DNA of 64,000 nucleotides from Phormidesmis sp. Its GTDB lineage: Bacteria > Cyanobacteriota > Cyanobacteriia > Leptolyngbyales > Leptolyngbyaceae. The position numbers were made by a program, and so were the translations under genes. The stretch spans positions 2,048,001 through 2,112,000 of the forward strand of contig CBDFJR010000005.1 in NCBI GenBank assembly GCA_965248535.1, read 5' to 3'. The notes beneath the pieces were generated by a model. The model searched no databases. It had not been told where the DNA came from and saw nothing but the letters and a program-made list of their open reading frames with translations. Shown here piece by piece: positions 19,627 to 30,234 of this stretch; position 1 is the first letter of the stretch, and each line of letters starts with the position of its first letter.

Positions 19627-22600
19627 CTACTCAACGCCTTCGATCTTGTCCTCAACTTCTTGATACAACTCGCGGAGTTTATCGAGATTCTCTTCGCTGG
19701 TTTCCCAATATCCGCGACCATTGGCTTCTAGCAATGTCGTCACCATTTTACGGAACGAGTTGGGATTGAGATCTAGCAATCGCTTTTGCATTTCATCATC
19801 TTTGATGAACGTGTCATTCGCGTCTTCATAGATCCAATTGTCAACCGCTCCTGCTGTGGCTGACCAACCCATTGTGTTAACCAATCGCTTCGACAATTCG
19901 CGCACGCCTTCATAGCCGTGACTCAACATTCCCTCATACCATTTGGGGTTGAGTAGTTTTGTCCGCGCATCCAGTCGCACCGTTTCCGAAAGGGTTCGTA
20001 CTTGGGCGTTTGCAGTCGTCGTGTCAGCGATGAACGAAACGGGCTTTTTGCCATCATCCCGCAGGCGAGACACAATTTTGGTCGGGTCAGAATCGTAATA
20101 GTGAGACACATCCGTCAACGAAATCTCAGACGAATCGAGATTTTGGAAGGTGACATCCGCCGTTTTAAGAGCCGCCTCAAAAATCTTGCGGTCTTGCCCC
20201 ATCTCACCTGGATTGTCTGACGAAAACGCAAACGACTTGCGCGCCAAATACATATCCTGAAGTTCTGATTCGTTCTCCCATGTGCTGTTCTCAACTGCCA
20301 AATTAATATTCGACGAATAAGAACCCGACGCATTAGAGAAGACGCGAGTCGCCGCTTGACGCAGGTTAATACCCATCTCTTCAGACTGCTTGATCGCGTG
20401 TTTACGAATGAAGTTCATTTCTAGCGGTTCATCGGCTTCGGCTGCCATTTTGACTGCCCGATCGAGCAAGTTCATCTGATTGATAAACAAGTCGCGAAAC
20501 ACCCCCGAACAGTTAACCACGACATCAATGCGAGGGCGACCCAACTCTTCTAGGGGAATCAGTTCGACTTTATTGATGCGTCCCAGCGCATCGGGAAGCG
20601 GACGCACACCGACCATCCAGAGAATCTGCGCGAGAGATTCGCCATAGGTTTTGATGTTGTCGGTGCCCCAAAGAACGCACGCGATCGTTTCGGGATATTG
20701 ACCGTCATTTTCAGAACATTGACGCGCTAAGAGACGATCGACGACCACTTTCGCAGATTTCACCGCCGCCGCCGTCGGAATAGATTGCGGATCGAGGGCG
20801 TGAATGTTCTTACCCGTCGGCAACACATCGGGGTTGCGAATCGGATCGCCACCAGGGCCAGGGAGAATATATTCACCCTCCAGCGCGGTGAGCAACGCAC
20901 CTAATTCGTTATCGGCAATGACCTGCTTTAAGCAGAATTCCAGGTACTCAAACAGAGGCTTGATTTGCTCGACATTCACCTTGGGGTAGCCTGCATTGTG
21001 CAAGGATTCGATCCAAGGCTCTTTCTTGCCCATGTTGAAGAAATTGAGCTTCGTCACCTTTGAGACGCGCCCATCAGCATCGGTTTGAGCTTTGACCATT
21101 GCGGCCACGGCTTCACGAGTCGCCAACGTGATATCTTGCAGCAGTTGCACGTCAGCGAGAACGCCGCGATCGCTGCCTTGATAAACATCCTCCATGTCAC
21201 GTCCAACGCTATTAGCAATGATGCGAGTCAAACTCACGACATCATCTTCAGGACGATCAAGACTCGCAATATTGACTAACGTTGCAACAGCTTCTTCAGC
21301 GCTCGGCGGCTTGCCAATCACGTGTAACCCACAGGGCAACAGACGCGATTCAATCTCCATCAGTTTGATGTAGACCTTGCCAATCACGCTATCTCGTTCT
21401 TCGGCTGTGAGTTCTTTAGCGCTGACCTCCGGCAAGGTGATGTCTTTGTCTAGATTCACAATGCGGCACTGATCTACGATCGTGTCCACAATTTGAGCGC
21501 CGCGCCCCGTATCTTTTAGCGTTTGGTAAGACGCAACCAGATCGCCCAATTCCTTCAAACCCTTATACAGTCCAGCATTCTCGGCCGGAGGGGTTAAGTA
21601 GCTAATGGTTTCTGCATAAGAACGGCGTTTAGCGATCGTCGCCTCAGATGGGTTATTCGCCGCGTAGTAATAGAGATTGGGAATCGTGCCAATCAAACTA
21701 TCAGGGAAACAGTCGCCCGACATCCCGATCTGCTTACCGGGCATGAATTCTAACGATCCGTGAGTCCCAAAGTGCAGCACGGCATCGGCTTTCCAGATTT
21801 GCTCTAGATAAGTGTAGTAAGCCGCAAACCCGTGATGAGGACTCGCTGATCGTGAGAACAACAACCGCATCGGATCGCCTTCATACCCAAAGGTTGGCTG
21901 CACTCCGATAAACACATTGCCGAACTCTTTACCGTAGATCAACAAGTTCTGACCGTCGGTGTTGAGATGCCCCGGAGCCGCACCCCACGAAGGAATCAGC
22001 TTCTCGTGATAAGGGGTGAGTTCTTCATATTCCGGCACCGACATCTTGTAGGCGATGTTGAGTTCGGGGCTATTGTATTGTGCTCTCGCATCGTGCAGCA
22101 CTTCTAGCATCAGCGCTTCTGCCGATTCGGGTAGCGCTGGCACGTCGTAACCGTTGTGCTTTAGCGACTCCATCACTTTATAAATGGAGCCAAACACATC
22201 TAGATAAGCAGCAGTGCCGACATTACCTTTGTCAGGCGGAAAGCTGAAAACGGTGATCGCGACTCGCTTGTTGAGCTTGGGTTTGCGGCGCAGACTTGCC
22301 CACTTCATCGCCCGTTGCGAAATGGCTTCAACGCGATCTTGCAGGGCGATCGCTTTCCCGGTGTTGCCATCTCGACCCGATAGAATAATTGGCTCGATCG
22401 CGCCATCTAACTCCGGCAGCGCAATCTGCAACGCCACTTGAATCGGGTGTAAACCAAGGTCGCTATCCTGCCATTCTTCCGTCGTTTGGAAGACCAGCGG
22501 CAACGCCACCATATAGGGACGATTTAACCGAGTCAGAGCCTCGATCGCTTTAGGATGATCCTGTCGCGCCGGACCGCCGACTAGGGCAAACCCCGTCAGC

Positions 22601-23610
22601 GAGATCACGACATCCACGATCGAGGCATCCCCTCTAATCGGATCGTAAAAGAATGCTTCTACAGGCTTTGAGAAATCTAAACCGCCTGCAAACACCGGAA
22701 CCACCCGTGCGCCCATCGACTCCAGTTCCTGCACCATTGAGACATAGTGCGCGTCATCTCCGGTGACTAGGTGCGTTCGTTGCAGCACCAAGCCAATGCA
22801 GGGCGCTAAGGGATCTTTTAAATCTGAAGAGATATCGGTGCGCGAGTTAAACCAGTTGAGATATTCTTTGACATCCTCATACATCTCAGGTGCGAGCGGA
22901 TGCCAGATCCCTATATCTGGGTAGGTAACGGGATCTTGATACGCCAAGTCACCTGTGGTTTTGATGCCTTTAAACACATAGCGATCGGTGAGCATCAGCA
23001 GGAAGTTCTCTAAGTTTTCCTGAGATCCGCCGAGCCAATATTGAAAGCTCAACATAAAGTTGCGCGCATCTTGCGCCTTATCCATCGGCAAATATTTCAG
23101 CACTTTGGGCAAGGTTTGCAGCAGCTTTAGCATTCCATCCTGAAAACCAGCGCCCGATTTTTCTTTGCGCTTTTTCATGAACTGCGCGATCGCACTCTTT
23201 GACTGCCCCAACTGCGCCATCGAAAAACTGCCCATCTTATTCAGGCGCATCACCTGCGGCATCGATGGGAAAACCACCGCAACATCCAAGTGATCGCGAT
23301 AAGGCTCAACGGCAGCCACCAGTTTATCGGCCAGATCTTCTAAGAAAATCAGCGAGGCGATAAAAATATTGGCTTCAGAAACATCTTTTTTGAAGTTTTC
23401 ATAGTTTGTGGAATCGCGCAATTCTTCAATCAGATAGCCACTGATCTCGATCGCCACATTGGGATGCGCTTTGTTAATCGAGCGAACGGCGGCAGAGAGA
23501 GCACTTTGATATTGTGGCTCTAGCACGACGTAAACCACCTTCACGAGCGACCGACCCTGAAGATTGTCGGGCGAGATGTGTCTAATGGTGGGCTTGACGT
23601 GGGTGAACAT
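19627..23610 (-). CDS. chlH: Magnesium chelatase subunit H
   Basis: MFTHVK start, [26 protein letters not shown], ...VEDKIEGVE. Confidence 0.98.
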   Translation of the reverse strand: MFTHVKPTIRHISPDNLQGRSLVKVVYVVLEPQYQSALSAAVRSINKAHPNVAIEISGYLIEELRDSTNYENFKKDVSEANIFIASLIFLEDLADKLVAAVEPYRDHLDVAVVFPSMPQVMRLNKMGSFSMAQLGQSKSAIAQFMKKRKEKSGAGFQDGMLKLLQTLPKVLKYLPMDKAQDARNFMLSFQYWLGGSQENLENFLLMLTDRYVFKGIKTTGDLAYQDPVTYPDIGIWHPLAPEMYEDVKEYLNWFNSRTDISSDLKDPLAPCIGLVLQRTHLVTGDDAHYVSMVQELESMGARVVPVFAGGLDFSKPVEAFFYDPIRGDASIVDVVISLTGFALVGGPARQDHPKAIEALTRLNRPYMVALPLVFQTTEEWQDSDLGLHPIQVALQIALPELDGAIEPIILSGRDGNTGKAIALQDRVEAISQRAMKWASLRRKPKLNKRVAITVFSFPPDKGNVGTAAYLDVFGSIYKVMESLKHNGYDVPALPESAEALMLEVLHDARAQYNSPELNIAYKMSVPEYEELTPYHEKLIPSWGAAPGHLNTDGQNLLIYGKEFGNVFIGVQPTFGYEGDPMRLLFSRSASPHHGFAAYYTYLEQIWKADAVLHFGTHGSLEFMPGKQIGMSGDCFPDSLIGTIPNLYYYAANNPSEATIAKRRSYAETISYLTPPAENAGLYKGLKELGDLVASYQTLKDTGRGAQIVDTIVDQCRIVNLDKDITLPEVSAKELTAEERDSVIGKVYIKLMEIESRLLPCGLHVIGKPPSAEEAVATLVNIASLDRPEDDVVSLTRIIANSVGRDMEDVYQGSDRGVLADVQLLQDITLATREAVAAMVKAQTDADGRVSKVTKLNFFNMGKKEPWIESLHNAGYPKVNVEQIKPLFEYLEFCLKQVIADNELGALLTALEGEYILPGPGGDPIRNPDVLPTGKNIHALDPQSIPTAAAVKSAKVVVDRLLARQCSENDGQYPETIACVLWGTDNIKTYGESLAQILWMVGVRPLPDALGRINKVELIPLEELGRPRIDVVVNCSGVFRDLFINQMNLLDRAVKMAAEADEPLEMNFIRKHAIKQSEEMGINLRQAATRVFSNASGSYSSNINLAVENSTWENESELQDMYLARKSFAFSSDNPGEMGQDRKIFEAALKTADVTFQNLDSSEISLTDVSHYYDSDPTKIVSRLRDDGKKPVSFIADTTTANAQVRTLSETVRLDARTKLLNPKWYEGMLSHGYEGVRELSKRLVNTMGWSATAGAVDNWIYEDANDTFIKDDEMQKRLLDLNPNSFRKMVTTLLEANGRGYWETSEENLDKLRELYQEVEDKIEGVE

Positions 23611-23895
23611 GCGGTCAGACTCCTTGAAGGGCGTGTTCTCTGGGGGTAAATCGGCATGGAGCATAAGACCCAGACAAGCAACTCTCGTTGCCTCAGGGTT
23701 GAGACTCAGGCTGACGATAAATCAGAAGCGGCTTTCAAACTAAGGGCAGCTCTGTGAAGAAAGATGAAGCCAGGATTTGACTCAGCGATCGCCAACAGCA
23801 ATTTATCTACATATGTCTTTTTACCAGAAAAAGCCCACCAGAAAGGCATTGTAGGAAATAACTGACACAATTTGATAAAAAACCAGCGCGATCTA

Positions 23896-23913
23896 TTTAC
23901 ACTAAGTTACAAA
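23896..23913. promoter_or_regulatory. HLR1-like (RpaB) direct repeat upstream of chlH
   Basis: TTTACACT-AA-GTTACAAA versus consensus (G/T)TTACA(T/A)(T/A)-N2-repeat. Confidence 0.5.
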
Positions 23914-23982
23914 AAAGTGAGCATCTACTCACTGATTGACTCGATGACTTAATCGTTATACCGAGGTCGAAGTTGAGGCGCT

Positions 23983-24372
23983 CTACCCGGCTCTCTCGCT
24001 CAACTTAACCATCTGCTCTAACTGGTCTTGAAACGGCAGACGCTGGTTATTGCTATCGCTCACCGCCGCCATCGTCAACCCCAAAACCAGCAGACTGCTC
24101 ACCAGTGCCAGCAAAGAAGCAGGCTTTGAGATGCCAGAGTCGCGCAAAATTCGAGCGAGGGGGCGACTCTGACGACGCAGCATTTGACCTGTCACCCGCT
24201 GCCTCAGCGTAAATGGGTCACGCACATAGTGACCGCTTACGCTCACCACTAATCGCTCACGGCAAGCAGGACACGTCAATAGCCCATTGACCATCTTGAG
24301 CGATCGCAGACCGCTCATTTTGTGACAAACCGGACAAGGAGAAGAGGGACAATCAAAGGTGTCAGCGTTCAT
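23983..24372 (-). CDS. Hypothetical Zn-ribbon membrane protein
   Basis: CPVC...CPAC, SGHYVRDPF, C-terminal hydrophobic helix. Confidence 0.7.
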   Translation of the reverse strand: MNADTFDCPSSPCPVCHKMSGLRSLKMVNGLLTCPACRERLVVSVSGHYVRDPFTLRQRVTGQMLRRQSRPLARILRDSGISKPASLLALVSSLLVLGLTMAAVSDSNNQRLPFQDQLEQMVKLSERAG

Positions 24373-24674
24373 CAGGCACTTCTGCTGTTAAAGACAAAAT
24401 GACAAGATTCTCAACCAGGCAACTCTCAAACCGCAGGAACTTGCAGCAAGAACCCTAACTATTTTGACCTAGTTTTTGAGACACTCCCAAAAATCTAAGA
24501 CACGGATCATTTTTCGCTACGATCGCTCACACTTATCTACTTAGTTTACCCACGTTTTTTGCTGATTGGCTTTCTAGACCTGATAGATTCTCAATTTGCT
24601 TGTCTTAGCTAGGATCTATGACTGACAATGAAAGTGAGAAACAAAATTTAACGCTATTGAGTGATTAGTCCCGG

Positions 24675-26621
24675 ATGCTTCCTGTCCCTCCGCTCAACGT
24701 CTCGCTGCCTGACCCACCCCCTCTATCGCCCACTGCCCCGCTTGCTAGCACCTTAAATCGCCTGCAATCTTCTCCAGAAACGATCGTGCTGATCTTAGCC
24801 GTCGTGATCGGGGGCGGCGCTGGAATGGGTGTGGTGACCTTTCGCTATCTGATCGAGATTCTGCACCATCTAATGCTAGAGGATCTGATGGGCACGATCG
24901 CGCATCTGGGTGCATGGACGTTGGCCTGCGTCCCCATTTTGGGAGGCCTGATCATCGGGCTGATGCGCTGGTGCTGGAAAGATTTTGGCCCGGGCATTTC
25001 TTCACTGATTGCCGCCGTTCAAGCAGGTCAAGAAGTTTCTGCTATTCGTCCGGTGGCTAAAATGGTGGCTGCCGCCGTGTCGCTGGGGTCAGGGGCATCC
25101 CTAGGGCCAGAAGGGCCCAGTGTAGAAATCGGGGCAAACCTCGGCATTCTGTTAGGGCAGGCTCTGCGGGTCTCTCAAGAGCGGCAGCGCCTGCTGCTAG
25201 GAGCCGGGGCCGCCGCAGGTCTAGCGGCGGGGTTTAACGCCCCGATCGCCGGGGTCTTTTTTGCCCTAGAAGTCGTTTTAGGCACGACATTTGCCACCTC
25301 TGCGGCCAGTGTTGTGCTGCTGGCCGCCGTGGTCTCTGCTCTGGTGGCTCAGATTGGTCTAGGGTCTCAGCCCGCTTTTGATCTCCCCGCTTATGAAGTT
25401 CGCAGCCCGTTAGAGTTGCCGCTTTATCTGGGACTGGGGCTGTTTGCGAGTTTGGTCTCGATCGCTTACACCCAATCGCTCAAATGGGCCCAAGACTGCT
25501 TTAAAGGACAGATTCCAGGGTTTGACTGGTTGAGCAAGCTACCGAGAGAAACTCACCCAATTCTAGGCGGGCTGGTGGTTGGGCTGGTCGCCCTGCAACT
25601 GCCCCAGATTTTAGGAGTCGGCTATGAAACGGTCGAAGCCATGCTGCGGGATGTCGAGTTTTCGCTCGAACTGCTGCTGGCACTGCTAGTCGTCAAACTG
25701 TTGGTGACGGCCGTCAGTCTAGGAAGCGGCTTGGTCGGGGGGATTTTTGCCCCAGCCATGTTTTTGGGAGCCACGTTAGGAGCCGCCTATGGCAAGATTT
25801 TGCCCTTTGCCTTGCCCTGGTTTGCCTCTAGCATTGCGGCACCGCCAGCTTATGCAATGGTGGGCATGGCAGCGGTTTTGGCAGCGAGTGTCAATGCCCC
25901 TCTGACCTCGATTTTGCTGCTGTTTGAAATGACGCGTGACTATCGCATCGTCTTGCCTCTGATGGCAGCGGTTGGCTTGAGCGCCTGGCTAGCAGAACGG
26001 CTCAATCATCGCCCAGAGCGAGGGTCAAACCTGAAGCAAATTGAGTCTAACTCTGAGCAAGATCGGGTTCAAAAAGTTCTCAAGTCTATGCGGGTAGCTG
26101 AGGCCATGCAGCAAACTGTGGTGATCTTGCCGCCTTCCCTGCCCGTGCTGCAAGCCGGACTTTCTCTCACAGAGCAACATCTTCACAGCGCTCTGATTGT
26201 GGATGCTGACGCACAACTGGTGGGCATCGTCACGCTGCAAGACATCAACCGCACGATCGCCCGGCTTGAGCACACCCAATCTAAACTGTGCCTGCTCGAT
26301 CAGTCGCTGATGACGCAGCCCATTAGCGAGATCTGTACGAGTGAGATTCTCTACGCTTACCCCGATGAGCTTGTGTATGAGGCCCTCGATCGCATGACTG
26401 CTCGCGGCATTCACCAATTGCCTGTGGTTGCCCGCGAAAGCCCCCATCAACTTCTGGGTTTGCTAACCCAAGAAGATGTGACGCTGGCCTGCGAGCTAGC
26501 GTTAACTCGCGAGTCATTGCTGCCCTATCTGTCACTGCTGACTCCGGCAGAGCCGATCGGGTTAAATTTGCCTGAAGCCAACTTCAATCAGGGGCTTAAG
26601 TCACTGGTTGACAAAACCTGA
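24675..26621 (+). CDS. ClC chloride channel/antiporter with two CBS domains
   Basis: GPEGP, GFNAPIAG, GGIFAP, C-terminal CBS pair. Confidence 0.93.
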   Translation: MLPVPPLNVSLPDPPPLSPTAPLASTLNRLQSSPETIVLILAVVIGGGAGMGVVTFRYLIEILHHLMLEDLMGTIAHLGAWTLACVPILGGLIIGLMRWCWKDFGPGISSLIAAVQAGQEVSAIRPVAKMVAAAVSLGSGASLGPEGPSVEIGANLGILLGQALRVSQERQRLLLGAGAAAGLAAGFNAPIAGVFFALEVVLGTTFATSAASVVLLAAVVSALVAQIGLGSQPAFDLPAYEVRSPLELPLYLGLGLFASLVSIAYTQSLKWAQDCFKGQIPGFDWLSKLPRETHPILGGLVVGLVALQLPQILGVGYETVEAMLRDVEFSLELLLALLVVKLLVTAVSLGSGLVGGIFAPAMFLGATLGAAYGKILPFALPWFASSIAAPPAYAMVGMAAVLAASVNAPLTSILLLFEMTRDYRIVLPLMAAVGLSAWLAERLNHRPERGSNLKQIESNSEQDRVQKVLKSMRVAEAMQQTVVILPPSLPVLQAGLSLTEQHLHSALIVDADAQLVGIVTLQDINRTIARLEHTQSKLCLLDQSLMTQPISEICTSEILYAYPDELVYEALDRMTARGIHQLPVVARESPHQLLGLLTQEDVTLACELALTRESLLPYLSLLTPAEPIGLNLPEANFNQGLKSLVDKT

Positions 26622-26635
26622 GCCGGCCCAAGCTT

Positions 26636-26746
26636 TTATTTGTTACGGGCTGTCCAAATGCCCGTAAACATCATCAACATGCCGCCGACAAAAATGGCGA
26701 TCGCGAGTCCGGCGGGCACCACGGTCATCCAATCAACAGTCTCCAT
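26636..26746 (-). CDS. 36-aa single-TM small protein (not in ORF track)
   Basis: METVDWMTVVPAGLAIAIFVGGMLMMFTGIWTARNK*. Confidence 0.55.
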   Translation of the reverse strand: METVDWMTVVPAGLAIAIFVGGMLMMFTGIWTARNK

Positions 26747-26875
26747 AAGATTGAATTAGCAAAAAACTACAAGGTCAACGATCGTGGAGGGTAAGCACCA
26801 CTCTCTCACCTTAATACAGTTGATAGGAATTGCCGAGAGAATCTTGATCGCGATGATCATCAAGAGAGCCATCCT

Positions 26876-27268
26876 CTAAGATGCTTCATCCTCTTGCCGC
26901 TCAACTTGACGCAGGTGAATGTGCTTCCGTCCCAGAGAAATTTCAAACTCATCGCCGGGGTGCAGTTCCATTTGTTTTGTGTAGGCAGCACCAATCAACA
27001 AGTTCCCATTAGATTGAACGCTGATTCGATAGCTAGCGCTGCGCCCACCACGCCCGTTGGTGTTTTGTCGCCCGTCGAGTTCAATTCCTTCTGCATCGAT
27101 CAACGCATTGAGGAACTTCATCATATTGACTCGCTCAACCCCGTTTTTAGTCACGGTGTAGTAGCCACACTCACGCGCCTTTTCCTCTTTGCTAAGAGTT
27201 TCTAGCTCTTTTACTTTTTTGAGAAGGGTTTCACCGATAAGAGGCTCAATCTTTTTCTTTTTAGTCAT
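26876..27268 (-). CDS. Cyanobacterial AbrB-like regulator, cyAbrB2/CalB clade
   Basis: CGYYTVTKNGVERVNMMKFLNAL, GRSASYRISVQSNGNLLIG. Confidence 0.92.
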   Translation of the reverse strand: MTKKKKIEPLIGETLLKKVKELETLSKEEKARECGYYTVTKNGVERVNMMKFLNALIDAEGIELDGRQNTNGRGGRSASYRISVQSNGNLLIGAAYTKQMELHPGDEFEISLGRKHIHLRQVERQEDEAS

Positions 27269-27717
27269 CAACTTGAGTCTGAAATAATGACAATGAGTTT
27301 GCTTGACTTGACCTTGCTAACTTGCTTTCAGAAACTTTTCCTGACTCAATGTTAGCCGTTTGACTCATATTACACTGATGCTGTGATTTTTTTACATCCG
27401 ATTTTTCAGAAACTTGCCAAGTCAATCGAGACAGATTTCAAGACACTTCAATGCTCATTTTTTAAATCAGAGGCTTGCAGAGAAATCTAGTGAATAATGG
27501 GGTTTTCTATCGATGATGCGCGTCGGGTTACATTTCTTCAAACCCACTCTGTTGATCAATTAGCAATTTGATCTTTGTCATTGAATGCAGCCTAGAGAAT
27601 TCAACTAATAAGATTTGACTAATGGAAACCATGAGCTTTTTGCGAGTGTTTATTGCACTGGGTTGAAGACAACTATTGGCCATTTGCGCGCGGGTTGCTT
27701 GAGAATCTAACGTTCAG

Positions 27718-27748
27718 AAAACAAAACCCAGCGATCGTATCTGCTGGG
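27718..27748 (-). terminator. Intrinsic terminator
   Basis: CCCAGC/GCTGGG stem followed by TTTTGTTTT on the minus strand. Confidence 0.6.
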
Positions 27749-27782
27749 CGAGTTAGGGGATTAAAAGACCTATCCAATAAAA

Positions 27783-27892
27783 AAGAGCGGGAAGACTGGA
27801 TCGGCTCGACTCCACCCTATCGGTTGAGCGCCACAATTGCGGGCATTCAGATAGGGTGACGTGGGACGGATCACAGCAATCAACTCGCTCTT
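27783..27892. ncRNA. Candidate structured RNA (110-nt imperfect hairpin)
   Basis: Nested arms AAGAGCGGG/CTCGCTCTT, CTG-GATC/GATC-ACAG, CACCCTATC/GATAGGGTG. Confidence 0.4.
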
Positions 27893-28138
27893 ACCATTCA
27901 TTCACCTGTGGTCACAGCGTAGCGAGCAGGCTTGTCAATTCCATGTTTCAGGCGTGAACTTGCAATGACGGTTAAATCGACTCAGAAATGGGGAGCAAAT
28001 TGACTGGGGTGAGCGTCAACAGCCTCGATCGGGGTGAGGTTCATGGCGGTGTGATGCGATCGCTACCCGATTGTCATAAAAACCGTCTAGAGTCGAGCTA
28101 CTAAATTTATGTTTAATAGTAAGGAGAGTTAAAACTTA

Positions 28139-29398
28139 ATGAAGATGCCCCACGATTCAGATCCTCATTCACCTAATCAACCCCGCAGATTTTCTTGGAA
28201 GCAGCCCGCGATCTATCTAATGCTGCCGATCGTGGGAGCCGGAGCCGCTTTAATGGGCGATCGTTGGCTAGCGTCATCAAACCCGATGCCTGCGGTGCAG
28301 CCTGCTCTGGCTCAAGCTGCTGAGATGCAAGTGGCTCAGAGCCGCACGGGGGCTATTGTTTCGGCTACAGACCCTAACTTTATCGCGGCAGCCGTTGAGC
28401 GAGTCGGCCCCGCTGTCGTGCGGATCAATTCGTCTCGGACGGTTAAAACTCAGATTCCGCCCATTTTTAATGATCCCTTTTTCCGGCAATTTTTTGGCTC
28501 AGAGTTGCCCGATACCCCGTCTACTAGAGTGGAGCGCGGCACAGGCTCAGGCTTTATTATTGGGGAAGGGTTAATTTTAACCAACTCCCATGTGGTGAAT
28601 GGCGCAGATACCGTATCGGTCAAACTCAAAGATGGGCGAGAGTTTCAGGGCAAGGTGTTGGGTCAAGACCCAGTGACAGATGTAGCGGTGGTCAAAATTC
28701 AGGCGACTAATCTGCCCGTGGTGACTTTAGGAAACTCCGATCAACTGCGTCCGGGAGAGTGGGCGATCGCCATTGGCAATCCACTAGGGTTAGATAACAC
28801 GGTCACCGCTGGAATCATTAGCGCCACAGGTCGCACCAGTGCTGAGGTGCGCGTTCCTGACAAGCGGGTGAGCTTTATTCAAACCGATGCGGCGATCAAC
28901 CCTGGCAATTCTGGTGGGCCGTTATTAAACCAGCGCGGTGAAGTGATTGGGATGAACACTGCGATTATTGGGGGCGGTGCTCAGGGGCTGGGGTTTGCGA
29001 TTCCGATCAATACGGCTCAAAAGATTTCGCAGCAGTTGATTGCCACCGGAAAAGTGAATCATCCCTATTTGGGAATTCGGATGACGACGCTGACTCCTGA
29101 GCTAAGAAAACAGGTAAACAGCGATCGAGAAGCCAATCTCACCGTGCAGGACGATCGCGGCATCTTGATCTACAGCGTCATGAAAAATTCTCCGGCGGCG
29201 CGGGCTGGGCTGCGGGCTGGCGATGTGATTAAGAAGGTCAACGGTCAAGCGGTCGAGACAGCCGACCAAGTGCAAAATGCGGTAGAAGCCAGTTCTATAG
29301 GCGGATCACTGCAAGTAGATGTGAGTCGCAACGGTCGATCGACGACGATCGCAGTGCAGCCCGGCGCGTTTCCGACTCAGACGGCTCAAAGTGAATAA
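28139..29398 (+). CDS. HtrA/HhoA-HhoB (Deg) serine protease with PDZ domain
   Basis: GSGFI, LTNSHVV, DVAVVKI, QTDAAINPGNSGGPL, PDZ. Confidence 0.95.
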   Translation: MKMPHDSDPHSPNQPRRFSWKQPAIYLMLPIVGAGAALMGDRWLASSNPMPAVQPALAQAAEMQVAQSRTGAIVSATDPNFIAAAVERVGPAVVRINSSRTVKTQIPPIFNDPFFRQFFGSELPDTPSTRVERGTGSGFIIGEGLILTNSHVVNGADTVSVKLKDGREFQGKVLGQDPVTDVAVVKIQATNLPVVTLGNSDQLRPGEWAIAIGNPLGLDNTVTAGIISATGRTSAEVRVPDKRVSFIQTDAAINPGNSGGPLLNQRGEVIGMNTAIIGGGAQGLGFAIPINTAQKISQQLIATGKVNHPYLGIRMTTLTPELRKQVNSDREANLTVQDDRGILIYSVMKNSPAARAGLRAGDVIKKVNGQAVETADQVQNAVEASSIGGSLQVDVSRNGRSTTIAVQPGAFPTQTAQSE

Positions 29399-29414
29399 GG
29401 GGCATCCCTAGAAT

Positions 29415-29449
29415 CGGCACTGCCCTAGATCCACGTCAGGGCGGTGTCG
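29415..29449. terminator. Hairpin between convergent genes
   Basis: CGGCACTGCCCT...AGGGCGGTGTCG. Confidence 0.5.
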
Positions 29450-29495
29450 TGTCTATGGTTTTTGTCTGCCACCACTAGGATTTAGTCTACGTTCT

Positions 29496-30113
29496 TTAGA
29501 CGGTGGGCACCGCGTAGTAAATAATGGCGAGAAATTGAATCGGTAGCTCAATCAGCCTTTCGGGGCCGTGAGGCACCTCTCCTCGAAAGCTTAAAGAATC
29601 GCCTGGCTCTAACAAATAGGTGTGAATTCCGTGACGGTATTCTAGTTTGCCTTGCAGCAGGTAAAGAAACTCAATGCCGGGATGCTCAAACGTCGGAAAC
29701 ACCTCAGACGCATCATCCATGGTGATCAAAAACGGCTCAAATAACTTCGTTGGGCCCTGATCGTAGGCCAACAAATGATAAGTGTGTCCGCGTTTTGTGC
29801 CGCGTCTGACGACTTCCATGCCCTCGCCCTGCTTGACCAACTGCGCGCCGCCTGCTGGCATATTGTAGTTACGAAACAGCGTTGATAGAGACACCCCTAA
29901 CGCCGTGGCCAACCTCCCGATCGTGTCTAAGCTGGTCGCAGTTTGAGCATTTTCAATTTTGGACAACATGCCGCGAGAGATGCTTACCTGTTCGGCGACT
30001 TCAGCGATCGTCAAGCCATGTTTTTGTCGCAGACCTCGAATGGCGTTGCCTAAATATCGCTCTAAAGAGTTACTAGAAAGGGCTTCTGTGCTTTTTGCTG
30101 GAGCTTCTGTCAT
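29496..30113 (-). CDS. XRE-family HTH regulator with cupin domain
   Basis: LTIAEVAEQVSISRGMLSKIEN; cupin HPGIEFLYLLQG...LEPGDSLSF...PHG. Confidence 0.92.
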   Translation of the reverse strand: MTEAPAKSTEALSSNSLERYLGNAIRGLRQKHGLTIAEVAEQVSISRGMLSKIENAQTATSLDTIGRLATALGVSLSTLFRNYNMPAGGAQLVKQGEGMEVVRRGTKRGHTYHLLAYDQGPTKLFEPFLITMDDASEVFPTFEHPGIEFLYLLQGKLEYRHGIHTYLLEPGDSLSFRGEVPHGPERLIELPIQFLAIIYYAVPTV

Positions 30114-30165
30114 GATAATTTTTCTCGATCGCCTTGCTTAATGTGAATCATAGCAAGAAACTTTG

Positions 30166-30194
30166 TTGACAACTATGAAACTTCGATCCATGAT
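30166..30194 (+). promoter_or_regulatory. Putative sigma70-type promoter of the mgd operon
   Basis: TTGACA-N17-CATGAT; AGGAG RBS before 30235. Confidence 0.5.
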
Positions 30195-30234
30195 GGTTAC
30201 CAAAGTTTTCTGGTGAAGACTTGCAGGAGTTGTC

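Noticed and set aside
11777..23610. cobN and chlH as a joint chelatase system
   Set aside because: Separated by unrelated, oppositely oriented genes; both are ordinary.
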